A DNA stretch of 64,000 bases from Octopus sinensis. Taxonomy: Eukaryota. Positions 27,956-40,305 of this stretch are shown piece by piece. The stretch lies in NCBI RefSeq assembly GCF_006345805.1, contig NC_043006.1:6944001-7008000 (forward strand), given 5' to 3'. Below the pieces are notes generated by a model. It was not told where the DNA came from. It did no database searches and worked only from the letters and a program-made list of their open reading frames with translations. The position numbers and the translations under genes are program-made. Position 1 is the stretch's first letter. Each line of letters opens with the position of its first letter.

Positions 27956-28660
27956 ATGGGTACTGGACGTCACAAAACGTAAAGAACATGAAACACGAAA
28001 TACGAAAACAACGTGAAATGCGAAGACAAACTTGGGTATCCAAACAACGAGAGGGACAAATGAAAAACAAGACAAGTAAGATAAAGAACGACCCTTCAGC
28101 CGTTCTCGGCTCTCCATCTACTCTTCATTTCGAGCATTTGACGACAATATGAGTCTTCGAAATGCAGTTGCTCCCTCGAAACAAAATAAAATTTGGGATT
28201 TGTGGGGTGGGGCAAAGCTGGTAAAAAAAAACCCCAGGAGAGTGGAGGCATACAACAAATAATCGGAAACAAAGATGTAGGCCCGTTAGGTCAGATGAGG
28301 TAAGGTAGCGAACACCGGAGGAATATTGTTTTTGACAAGAGGAAACATAGAAGAGGTGACAGATAAGAATGTGTCTGGTCTGTACGACAGACTGAAGGAA
28401 AATAGAAATGATCAACTGAGGAAAAAATATGGACGACGGTCACGTGTGAACAATGAGAGAGAGAGTAAAGGAGAACGAGAAAGACAGACAGATAGAAAAC
28501 GGTGAAGAGAAGAAAAAAACAATTAAAGAAAGGAAGAGTGAGAAAACGAAAGGAGGACAGAGAAGAGTAAAGGCTAGAGTCGCATCAAAATTATTAAGAT
28601 AAACCTAATTGGAAATGGAAGGTTGGTGTTCTATCGTATAATAGAAATAAAATATGTATG

Positions 28661-28692
<32 letters not shown>

Positions 28693-28728
28693 GATATATA
28701 CATACATATATGTACATACATATGTATG

Positions 28729-28778
<50 letters not shown>

Positions 28779-29098
28779 ATATATATAAGCATATATATGT
28801 ACATACATATATATGTTCATATATATATATATATATAAACATAATAAAATAGGGTAATAATAAATTATTATTACCAGTGGCCTAGCACAAAAAACGAATT
28901 AGTCATTAGACTATATATATATATATATAGAAATACAATAAGAGGCTTCCAAATAGGGAAGCGTTGTGCTAGAACACAAAAAGGGATAAATTCATGAAAG
29001 GAATGAAAATTAAAAACATTTACCATCTCAGCTATATCCCAGACCGACAGTTTCTAACTATTTCCAGCAAATATATATATATATATATATTGTATTTC

Positions 29099-29164
<66 letters not shown>

Positions 29165-29730
29165 ATATATATATTGTGTGTGTGTATATAATATATATAT
29201 ATGGGTACAGGACGTCACAAAACGTAAATAACATGAAATACGAAAGACAAATTAGGGTATGCGAACAGCGAGAGAAACAAATGGAAAGCAAAACAATTAG
29301 CATAAATAACGACCTTTCCTCAGCTGTCGGCTATCCATCTTAATTAAGTTTTTCTTAATAATTTTGATGCGACTCTACTCTGTACTGTTCGCTCTCTCCC
29401 ACTTTCGTTTTCCCTCTCTTCCTTTCTCCAATTCTTTCTCTTCTCCCCCTTTTGTTTTTACTTTCTCATACTTCCTCTAATTCTTTTTTGCTGCCATTCA
29501 CTGTTTTCTATTTATTTCTCTCTTCCTCTTTCTCTTTTACTCTCTCTCTCTCGTTGCTAACACGTGACCATCGCCCATCTTTCTTATCCTCACGTGATTA
29601 TCTTTCCTTTCCTTCACTGTGTCGTACAGACCAGACGCATTCTTATCTGTCTCCTCTTTTATCTTTTCTCTTTGTCAAAGACAATATTCCTCCCGCATTC
29701 GCTACCTTACCTCGTCTAGTCTAACGGCTC
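27956..29730. mobile_element. Two related (TA)n-associated elements: 27956-28110 direct to 29202-29340, and 28285-28600 inverted to 29350-29730
   Basis: atgggtac(t/a)ggacgtcacaaaacgtaaa is direct; gaggtaaggtagcgaa and gtctggtctgtacgaca appear reverse-complemented at 29620-29715. Confidence 0.75.
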
Positions 29731-29739
29731 TGGCACAAC

Positions 29740-30378
29740 AAAGGTTGCTCTTAGATGGGTATCATGTCTTCTGACACCTAATCACGACTGCACCAAGCTG
29801 ATCACAATGTTTGAGGCAGATCCAGTTGGCTTCCGCGAGCGTTTCGTAACCGAGGATGGGAGTTGATTGCATCACTTTCAACCAGAGACAAAATAGATAA
29901 TTTATCCAGTGGAAACACCTCTTCTCACCTACTCTTAAAGAAGGCCAGAGTTATTTCATCTGCATAGAAGGTGATGGCTTCAGATTTTTGGCAGGCAAAA
30001 GCAATGTGCTTATCTTCAACAGGGACACACTATCAATAGAACGTACAATGCATAATTGATGAGACAGCTACACAAGTTCAATGCCAAACGCTCAGGAAAC
30101 CTTACGAAAGAGTCTTGGTACATTAGGCCGATGTTCCAGCACACAAAGCCTTGGTTTCAATAACTGATCTGCTAACCAGCCTCTCTGGTTTCACTCCAAC
30201 TACGTATCGTCTTTCCCCCAACATGAAAGAGCACTTGGCTGGGACAAAGTATCGCAGTGGTGATGCCATATTTCCTGTTGATGATATTTTGGGCAATAAG
30301 ATAAGTGCTCCTTTATTAATGGGCTCCAAGCACTGTAACACCGAAGGATCGCAAGGAGGGCTATAGTTAGAAAAAAAC
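29740..30378 (+). pseudogene. Mariner transposase relic, catalytic half
   Basis: KVALRWV, FVTEDGS*LHHFQPETK, KVMASDFW, VPAHKALVS, PNMKEHLAGTKYRSGD and a GDYVEK-like end; many stops and frameshifts. Confidence 0.85.
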
Positions 30379-32052
30379 CTCATTGGATCACATTCCATGA
30401 GAATATCTTGGTCAGCTTTTGAAGTTTTAAGTTGACTATCATATCTATTAATAAGCGCACCTGTATATCTTCAACACCTTTGCTTCTAATCAGCCTTTCC
30501 AAAGATTAGCGACATAATTCAGTTTATCAGGTCAATCCATGGGCCACATTTCTATTGATGGTGTCGCTGTATCCTACTGCAGGCCCTACATAAAAAAATC
30601 GGAGAAAACTTACAATGATCTTCACTTTTGTATTTCTCCATTTTATTTTTCAGTATTTTTTCTAATTCAACTTTGCTTTTTGCATATCTCGCCATTTCTT
30701 CCTTTCTCCAACCCCTGTCTCTCTCTCTCTCTTTCTCTCTCTCTTCAACACATGTATTCGGTACTTTCAGAAATATCATTTCTCGACTAATGTTACATCT
30801 TTTTTCCTCTTATGTACGGCAAATCAATTTATGATGCATTGAACTGTTTATTCTCATTATTTGTCGATATAAAACATCAGTAGTTCTTGTGGGTCCTACT
30901 GTTTACTGAATTTATTATTAAAGAAGTCTTTCATTTCTATACCCACCCACATAGCAGATTAACCTGTCAGTCTGAATATTGTTTCATGACAAGATAAACA
31001 TATATGCCGAGCAATATACAACGACATGCTTTTATAATTATTATTTAATATACGTCATTATTTAAACTATTGACATGCGAATTGTGATTGGTGTGCTGAT
31101 ATGGTAAGCAGCAGCACTAAACCACCAGGTTCATTAAAGTATAATTATGAAGATGAGAATTCTAAACTTCAGCCGCTGTGCTGAGGTAGAGTATATAAAA
31201 TCTACTTACAAATGATTAACGTTTCATTTTGGTTGATATGCGTCACATTATTATAACGGAAGTGTAAGTCAATATACATCTTACTGAACAGCAATAAATT
31301 GTACATTAACTGGATTGTCTATGTAGATACGGTTAATGTAAGTAAGCGCTGATTTTCATACCAAAGGGAAATCTCTTAATATTGAGATTAGAATAGATTA
31401 TTGGAGATGAAGTAGATTTCAAGATATGTCTGTCGTATAAATACTTCGTGAGCCTTAGACAATTTATGTTGAATGCCTGTTAGAGAGGCTATCATTCATG
31501 GTATTTACTAGGGTGGATGACAATTAAATAATTGTTGAACAATGGACGACATTATTATTGGTAGGAACGTGTGTGTGTGTGTGTGTGTAACTATCAGTTA
31601 TCTAATACACAGATCTATGAAAACAGCATTGGCTTTCAGAGAGTGTTGTGGCACATGATGCTGTAATAGCTTTCAGTACATAACCAAGTCGCCTCATCTA
31701 ACCATTCGTGCTAGTGTCTTTATATCTAAGAAAAAATATTCTTTATAAAAAAGAAAAACATTGAAATAAAAATATTGCATTCTTGCTTTTTCTGGATTAT
31801 GAGATGATCTGATTCCGAAATTTTCTACTGAACCAATTCCTACATATATGTTAGTGATATCAATTTCTATTCTGTCTCCATGTCAAATTCTTGTCATTTG
31901 TTCACTTTGCGCTAATAAATCTTACACTTTAACTATTGAGATTAGAAAGAAAAAATCGGTTAGAATATGCTGCCTGTATTTCCTTTTTGAGTATCATATT
32001 CATGAGTTAATTTCTTTTAAAGAAGCTGGAAATATTTATCTCGGTGACATAC

Positions 32053-32104
32053 TATGACATGTAGCTGACTGTTGATTGATCACTGCAACAGATACGGCCG
32101 CCAT
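32053..32104 (-). CDS. Candidate first coding exon (MAAVSVAVINQQSATCH), unconfirmed
   Basis: AATATGGCGGCC start context overlapping a YY1-type CCGCCATNTT motif; possible donor gtatgt at 32052. Confidence 0.25.
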
Positions 32105-32335
32105 ATTGTCATTTTAGATAAGTATTAACAAATTTAGCAACGCTATATTGAGAAATCAATTTACTATTCATTTATCTTTGGCGAGTACCGTAGAGCAAAC
32201 GATACGTCTGCGCAAACCGCATCGCAGTTTCTATTTTCAGTTAATGGCATTTTACGTTATTTTCCATTAATGCCTTAGAAGCTAGTCAAACTATCTGTAG
32301 AAATAGATACCTGCTATCCGCCCAGACTCCCCCAC
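32095..32335 (-). promoter_or_regulatory. Possible promoter: YY1-like motif, GC box, local CpG enrichment
   Basis: CCGCCATATT at 32098-32107, CCGCCC at 32318-32323, TGCGCA near 32209. Confidence 0.25.
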
Positions 32336-32500
32336 CTAATAAACTATAAGGTCGTTGAGTTTAGTCAGATGCTGAAACTATTTACTTAACTCATGTAATT
32401 GAGTAACTGATACAACGAAGTATATGCGCATGAATGTTTACATACATACATTCGTATACGCATGCACACTCACACACGCGCACACATACACACATGCGCG

Positions 32501-32553
<53 letters not shown>

Positions 32554-32643
32554 CGGAGAGTTTACGAAAAAACACCAGATGAAGAAAGGTGGTGTACAAA
32601 ACAAACAGATGTATTAGTATAACGCTCAGAAATAGAAAAAAGG

Positions 32644-32679
32644 TCTTTTACATTTCGAGCCTGCGCTCTTCTACAGAAA
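32644..32679 (-). ncRNA. Decayed minimal hammerhead (A6U), related to 12627-12661
   Basis: CTTT|CTGTAGA|A|GAGC GCAG GCTC|GAAAT|GTA|AAGA; same GAGC/GCUC helix II; lies in an element next to (TA)n (about 32555-32740). Confidence 0.45.
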
Positions 32680-33166
32680 GGGGCACAAAAAAATCAAGGA
32701 AAGAAACAAGGAGAGAAAAAAATGTGTGTAGTGGCTAACGATCTAACATGGCGACACACACACACACACACACACACACCTACACACACACACCACACAC
32801 ACAGATATATATATATGCGCGTATAAATGTGTATACTAGGATACACGTATAAATGTGTATGCACATGTGTGTACGAATACATTGGTACATATACGTACAA
32901 ATACATATACTTTTTATATATGAGCTCTCCATCACACATTTATGTAGGCATCACACATTTCCATGACCTTATATGATGTATGCCAACTTGTAAACCCATT
33001 ACATATATAAGAATGATAAAACTGAATACAAGGGAAACGATAATCAATAATAGAAATATTAAAATTACTAAGTCTCTATAATATATTGAAAACAAGTGGA
33101 TGTATTCCACTGAAACTAGGTAAATATAAGCCTTCGAACAGAGACGTCAGTGACGACGCCTGCGGG

Positions 33167-33226
33167 GTCTGACTGCGCTACATTGACAAGGGGCAATACC
33201 CCGAAACGCGTCTGTAGCTGTCGGAC
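33167..33226 (+). ncRNA. Type I hammerhead ribozyme with extended helix I (U3:A8 core variant)
   Basis: GTCTGAC TGC GCTACA|TTGACAA|GGGG CAATA CCCC|GAAAC GC GTC|TGTAGC T GTCGGAC. Helix I is 6 bp, an internal loop, then 7 bp; helix II is 4 bp; helix III is palindromic ACGCGU; GUC cleavage triplet at 33210-33212. Confidence 0.8.
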
Positions 33227-34348
33227 TGGCAGTGTGAAGCGGCTGCCCTCCCTTGTTCGAAGGTTATAATGGATACAGATCGTGTATCAATAGCTATCTT
33301 AAGGCGGTGGCCTCATGGAGCTGACCAGCGGCAGCGATTATTCTTATATCTATAAGAATGCCATATTAATATGGCGATAACAGATAATCAATAATTTGTA
33401 TCACATCATATGGATATTTGTTTGTCCCTTCCAGAATTCATGCAAGCTTACATGATTCGTCCAAGAGGGAGACGAACACGAACGTCCCATGCAAGAGAGG
33501 CTTTAAAATTGTTAAGAGATATACCTCTCGCACCATTAAGCCAATGTTAGCTTCATGAACCAAAAAAAAAAATAATGTGTTCTCTCTCTGCAAAATTCTC
33601 CTGCTTCCCGCTTGTACCAGAGGAAGTTTTCTACTACTAGAAATCGGTGTTATAATTACTGTTCATCACTTGACGTTTTCATTTCAAATATTCAACTTTT
33701 CCTGACGTTCTTCTGGAGTAAAATAAAATTAATGGGAATTGTCTCTCTCACACACACCTATCACACGAAGATGAGCTGTAGCAATCTACAATGTATTTTT
33801 TTTTTCAAATTCAGAACTTCACTTCAATGCAACTTTTAGAGAAATCGTTCCTCAATTCATTATAAGAACTCAGAACTTGCCGATATCGCATCCCTACACA
33901 GAATTAATCTAAATGGTACACTTCTTTGACAAAGACCAGTAAAACAAAATTAATTATATTTGTCATGCCTGTATTCTATTGTAGATCCTCCAAAGTTTTG
34001 AATCACTTCCACAATATTGAAAATTATTTCGGCAAGAATCTGGTATCTATTTAAATCCAAGAAGATGTATAGGAATCCCTTCTATTCCAGGGGGGCACAT
34101 TATATCTTTCTTCTGAATATTGTTTTAGTGTAGCCATTAATAGAAACAGGCGTTCAACAGTACATCTGTTTGCTGTCTACACCACCAGCCTTCGTCTTTT
34201 TGTGAATTCTCCCTATATATATATATATACATATATACCAGCAAATAAACGTGAAACAAGGTGGAAAAATTGTACTCGAATACCCGAGGCAGAGTAGTAT
34301 GCTTTATTAATAAAGCTACAGAGACATGACAGATAGACAGACAAACAG

Positions 34349-34408
<60 letters not shown>

Positions 34409-34418
34409 TATATATATA

Positions 34419-34494
<76 letters not shown>

Positions 34495-35062
34495 TATATA
34501 ATATGTGTATGTGTATATATATATATATATATAATATATATATATATTTATAGATATATATATATATAGATAGATAGATAAACAATAACTTAAGATTGTT
34601 TTTAAACCTGGTACTGTTTTCGTCGCTCGCTAATACTGGTTCCGTCGCTAATGCGGTGCAGGGTCCTACGCAGGCCTGCCACCTTACGTTGGGAATTAGA
34701 TTTTACTCTGAAGCATAGTTTCTACTTACATCTCATTCAAAGATTTAAAATTACCTATTTTACACATTACGAGATCAATGACTGTCTGTCACTTCTATAT
34801 TTATATTCTGTGAGAAGGGTCGAATTAGGTGCTGTTTCCAGCCAGCGGTTTTCCAGAACGGTGGTCGAGGAAGTACCTTCTGGTAGTGCTAGTCGCTTGG
34901 AGGGATTAGTACGCTCCTTTGCTCCCGGTGTACTTCAGACACTCGTCGCGTATCGAAAATCAGCTGCAAAATATGTTTTCCTGGGATTAAGTGGTAGTAT
35001 CATGGTCCTATGTATATATATATTATATATATATATAGATATATATATATATATATAATATA

Positions 35063-35093
<31 letters not shown>

Positions 35094-35190
35094 GGTGTGT
35101 GTGTGTGTTTGCGTGTGAGTGTGTGTAGGAATATGTGTGCGTATGTATATACATACTCATATATACATATTCCTATATTCCTATATACCA

Positions 35191-35422
35191 AGGCGGCGAG
35201 CTGGCAGAAACGTTAGCACGCCGGGCGAAATGCTTAGCGGTATTTCGTCTGCCGTTACGTTGTGAGTTCAAATTCCGCCGAGGTCGACTCTGCCTTTCAT
35301 CCTTTCGGGGTCGATAAATTAAGTACCAGTTACGCACTGGGATCGATGTAATCAACTTAACCCGTTTGTCTGTCCTTGTTTGTCCCCTCTGTGTTTAGCA
35401 CCTTGTGGGTAGTAAAGAAATA
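35191..35422 (+). mobile_element. Full-length SINE family B
   Basis: AGGCGGCGAGCTGG head to AAAGAAATA tail. Confidence 0.9.
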
Positions 35423-35487
35423 CATATTCCTATATTCATATATATGCACACAGTCACATGTACATCGCTATGCTTGTAGGGATATTC

Positions 35488-35884
35488 TTTTCTACTCTAC
35501 GCACAACGACCGAGATTTTTGGGGACCGGACCAGTCGATTAGATCGACCCCAGTATGCAACTTGTACTTAATTTATCGACCCCGAAAGGATGAAAGATAA
35601 TGTCGACCTCGGTGTAATTTGAACTCAGAACATAAAGACAGACGAAATACCTATTTCTTTACTACCCACAAGGGGCTAAGCACAGAGAGGACAAACAAAG
35701 ACAGACAAACGGATCAAGTTGATTATATCGAATCCAGTGCGTAACTGGTACTTAATTTAATCGACCTCGAAAGGATGAAAGGCAGAGTGAACCTCGGCGG
35801 AATTTGAACTCAGAACGTAGCGGCCGACGAAATATCGCTAAGCATTTCGCCCGGCGCGCTAACGATTCTGCCAGCTCGCCGCCT
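35488..35884 (-). mobile_element. SINE family B head-to-tail dimer
   Basis: Full monomer joined to a headless monomer at AAAGAAATA|GGTATTTCGTC (35651/35652). Confidence 0.85.
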
Positions 35885-36456
35885 TGTGCATACAGAAATA
35901 TTGCTAACTGACGATTAGACACTTTTTTAATAGTTGTTTGCATGTAAATGTACTAACATATTCATAGTTGTGCGCTTGTGTGGTTGTGTGTGCGTTCGTG
36001 TGCATTCTTACGGTTGCTGTTTCTCTTTGAATTGATATCGTATTCTCCACGATACGTAATTGTATCAATATCTATTTCAAACATCTGGTCGAAAGAAATG
36101 AAAATTTACATTTTATAGGAAGAACATTTGAAGCATGCAAACGTAAATCGTAAAGAAAACCAACATTGATTCATGTAATACATTATTAAACATAATTATG
36201 CTTTTATGCGGTGTTATTCATGATAATAGATAAATACTATTCAAAGTAAATCAAACTATGCTAAACAACTGGTAAAAAACTTTCAATAAATATGCACTTA
36301 CATAATTCCACGAGTATACAGGCGGGGTTTCAGGTATTTATTAAATAAGAACTGCAAATATAAGAGAAAAGAAATACAAACGTAAGTAATTCATCAGATT
36401 ATAACGTTTTGCCCAAAAGAAAGGAAGAGCGAGAAAAGGACAAGGGGGGCAGTTAT

Positions 36457-36495
<39 letters not shown>

Positions 36496-36704
36496 TAGGT
36501 AGATAGTGAGAGAAAGAGAGAGAGAGAGTATTTCTTTATTCACCATAAGGTTGAGAAAAAGAGGGGACGATACGAGGGACAGACAAAACAAACATTGGGG
36601 TCAGGGTATCGAATAAGACGAAACGTATGAATAAACAAACAATTAAAATATATACAATTAAATGAGAAGAGTGATAGAGGCATACTGCGTTTGTATTGTG
36701 AGAG

Positions 36705-36955
36705 TAGGTGGTGGCGCGTGGCTTAGTGGTTAGTGTGTCAGCATCATGATGGTAAGATTGTGGTTTCGATTCCTGGACCGGGCGACGCGTTGTTTTCTTG
36801 AGCAAAACACTTCATTTCACGTTACTCCAGTCCATTCGGCTGCCAAAAATGAATAACGCTGCGATGGACTGGCGTCCCGTCCAACTGGGACACACATACA
36901 CCATTGAAACTGGGAAACCGGGCCTAGAAGCCTGGCTAGGCTTTAAAAAAGGTCG
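36705..36955 (+). mobile_element. tRNA-derived SINE, family D
   Basis: A box TGGCTTAGTGG, B box GGTTTCGATTCC, then ttgagcaaaacacttc and ctgcgatggactggcgtcccgtcca (CORE/V-domain-like from memory). Confidence 0.75.
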
Positions 36956-37324
36956 CATTTATTTTTATTATTTTATTTTTTCATTATTGTCAGAGTAGAG
37001 AAACCTTGACAAAAAGAAAAATTAGATATAAACAAAGAGCTGAAGTGAAAGGAAATGGACTTTGTTATTGAAAATTATAGTGATAGTGGTGGTAGTGGTG
37101 GTGTGTTCATCGTGGAAGGTACAATTTGTATTGAACTAAATCTATAGTATTCCATGTGTCGTTCACACTTTACACCTTAGCTTTTTAGGGAAGAGGCGGA
37201 ATTGGAGTGAAGGAGACGAAGAGGGAATATGAGAGTCAGTGAGAGAGCAGGTAGCCAGCCGATGCATTATGTTATTACACATGTGTTTAGTGAAAGTGAG
37301 AGGGGAAGATGAAAAGAAAAATAT

Positions 37325-37713
37325 CCTTTTTACTATAGGCGCAAGGCCAGAAATTTTTGGGGAAAGGGACTAGTCTATACCAGTATTTGACTGGCACTAA
37401 ATTTATCGACCCCGAAAGGATGAGAGGCAAAGTCGACCTCGGCGGAATTTGAACTCAGAACGTAGCGGCAGACGAAATACCTATTTCTTTACTACCCACA
37501 AGGGGCTAAACAGAGAGAGGACAAACAATGGACAGACAAACGGATTAAGTCGATTACATCAACCCCAGTACGCAACTGGTTCTCAAATTATCGACCCCGA
37601 AAGGATGAAAGGCAAAGTCGACCTCGGCGTAATTTGTACTCAGAACATAACGGCAGACGAAATACGGCAAAGCATTTTGCCCGGCATGCTAACGATTCTG
37701 CCAGCTCACCACC

Positions 37714-37715
<2 letters not shown>
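37325..37715 (-). mobile_element. SINE family B head-to-tail dimer
   Basis: Same junction as 35651, at 37481/37482. Confidence 0.85.
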
Positions 37716-37748
<33 letters not shown>

Positions 37749-37764
37749 TAATAATAATAATAAT

Positions 37765-39325
37765 GGTGTTGCTACATGATTTTACTTCACGAATGCTTTT
37801 TAGCAATTGCCATTTGGTGCATGAGAGAGTTCGATGCAGCTGCCCTCATCTGCACCTCCTGTCGTGCAGTTGGTTCATCTGGGACACCTGACAAGAAGAG
37901 ATCCAGTTTTATTTTAAAGACATCTGCATTCACCCCATGCAGGTCTCTCAGGTTCTTTGGGAGGATATTGAAGAGCTGTGGGCCTCTGAAGCCCAGGCTA
38001 TCACAGTATCTTGTCCTACATCTTGATGGCAAATATGAAGTCCTTGGCATTATGCAGTGGCGCCCAGTTCTAGTATTTGTGTAACTCTCGGTGCGAAAGT
38101 TTGGGACAAGTCCTTCTAGGATCTTCCAGATGTATATTATGGCATATCTTTCTCGCCTACGCTCTAAGGAATAGAGTCTTAATCTCTTGAGTCTTTCCCA
38201 GTAGCTTATATGCTGCACAGAGGCTATCTTCTTCATGTAGCTTCATTGGATCGCCTCAAGTTCTGTGATTAACTTGCCACTGGATGGTGACCATAGCTGA
38301 GAGCAATAGTCAAAGTGGCTTAGGACAAGTATCCTCCAGAGGACCATCATGGTTTCCTGGTCTCTTGTTCTAAAGGTTCTAAGAATCCATCCGGTCATTG
38401 CTAATTTAACAACATGCACATGAAAGGTTGCATCATCACTCATGTAAATACCCAGGTCTCGCACTGATTGTGCCTCTGGGATTGCAATCCCTCCAGGTCC
38501 AGTGTAGTTATTGGGTATTGCATTTAGTTTTGCATGCTGATAGCATAAAGCTTGAAATTTTTCAGCATTGAACTGCATGCTATCCTTTACAGCCCACTTG
38601 TATATTTTGTCCAGCTCACATTGCTGGTGCATAGTGTCTTCAGGGTTCTGTATTGCCTGTGAAACTTTTGTATCATCTGTGATCGTGGCTCTCTGCGTGG
38701 ATGAGGGCATGTCTGAGAGGGCCATTATGAACAGTAGTGGTCCCAAAACAGTGCCTTGCGGAACACCGCTCACTATGGCTACTACCACCTGGCTTCTATC
38801 TTTCAGAAAGTCATGAAGCCATTCTCCCAGTTTTCCAACTATGCTAAGATCACGCAGTTTGTGACATATCATTCCATGATCGACTTTATCAAAGGCATTT
38901 GCAAAGTCGAGATATATTTGAGTGGTTGAGCAGTCATTTTAACACCCAGTCATAGTGTTGTAGGAGCTGAGTTAGGCAGCTTCTTCCTGGCCGGAAACCA
39001 TGTTGGGTGTCAGGCAGCAAGTCATTTTCTTCAACGAAGGTGATTAGTTTCCTTCTGACTATTCGTTCCATGACCTTGCTGATCTGTGAGGTCAGAGAGA
39101 TAGGTCTGTAGTTCTTGGACTCCGCTCTGCTACCTCCTTTATGAATAGAGCATATTTTACTTTCCTTCAGTTTTCTTGGAAGCTTGCTAGTTACAAGGAA
39201 GCTCTGAAAGAGGAACTGCAGTGGTCTTGCTAGTACTCTCTTACCTACTTTTAGAAGGATTGTTGGGAATCCATCGGGCCAGTAGCTGAGTTTGTTTTCA
39301 TTTCATCTATAGCCTTTATTACATA
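37765..39325 (-). mobile_element. 5'-truncated CR1-clade LINE, decayed RT and 3' end
   Basis: NYRPISLTS, QHGFRPGRSCLTQLL, DFANAFDKVDH, SGVPQGTVLGPLLF, ITDDTK (YADD broken), HFDYCSQLWSP, LYSLERRRERY; (ATT)n tail at 37717-37763. Confidence 0.92.
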
Positions 39326-39377
39326 ATAATTCTACTACTACTACTACTATACTACTACTACTACTAATAACAATAAT

Positions 39378-39582
39378 GGTTTCAAATGTTGTCACAAGGG
39401 CAGCAGTTTTGGGGGAGGGGGATGAGTCAATTACATCGACGCCAGTGCTCAACTGGTACTTATTTTATCGACCTCAAAAGGATGAAAGGCAAAGTCGACC
39501 CGACGGAATTTGAACTCAGAACGTAACGGCAGACGAAATTTGGCTAAGCATTTCGCCCGGCGTGCTAACGTTTCTGCCAGCT
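39378..39582 (-). mobile_element. SINE family B (second tail type)
   Basis: Core and head as in the other copies. Confidence 0.85.
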
Positions 39583-39818
39583 CTTGCTTAGTAGAGGGAA
39601 ATTATTAAATCATACTTAAAAGGCCGGAATAACAACAGCAGCAGCAGCAGTGAAGGAAATGAAGACAAAGCAAGGACAGCAGGACAGAAGACAATAGCTA
39701 TAAGAATAACGATAGTAGTCAGGACGGTGAGGACGAAGACAGCAACAACAACAATAACCAAATCAACCATGAAAACATGCGAAGCAACAGAAACATAACT
39801 GACAACAAAAATTCACAT

Positions 39819-39982
39819 AGGCGGAGGAGTGGCTGTGTGGTAAGTAGCTCGCTTACCAACCACATGGTTCCGGGTTCAGTCCCACTGCGTGGCATCTTGA
39901 GCAAGTGTCTTCTGATATAGCCCCGGGCCGACCAATGCCTTGTGAGTGGATTTGGTAGACGGAAACTGAAAGAAGCCCTCCG

Positions 39983-40017
<35 letters not shown>

Positions 40018-40113
40018 TGATGTGGTCAAGAAGAAGGTCTCAAAATGGCCGAAACCGGTACTGAAATGTTCTTTATAAAATTATTTTAGCATTTTCTATT
40101 TTGACTTGTTTTT

Positions 40114-40162
<49 letters not shown>

Positions 40163-40264
40163 ATATGATGATGTGGTCAAGAAGAAGGTCTCAAAATGGC
40201 CGAAACCGGTACTGAAATGTTCTTTATAAAATTATTTTAGCATTTTCTATTTTGACTTGTTTTT

Positions 40265-40305
<41 letters not shown>

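Noticed and set aside
28090-28185. Hammerhead candidates on either strand of the 27956 element
   Set aside because: Helix I and the core cannot be placed without several indels; not supportable from this copy.
34604-34630. Hammerhead 3' half GCGAC GAAAAC A GTA CCAGG (-)
   Set aside because: No adjacent CUGANGA core or helix II partner in this copy.
36705-39900. tRNA genes at SINE heads (also 14725-14790, 17310-17370)
   Set aside because: A and B boxes are present, but there is no complete cloverleaf or acceptor stem and the heads run into SINE bodies.
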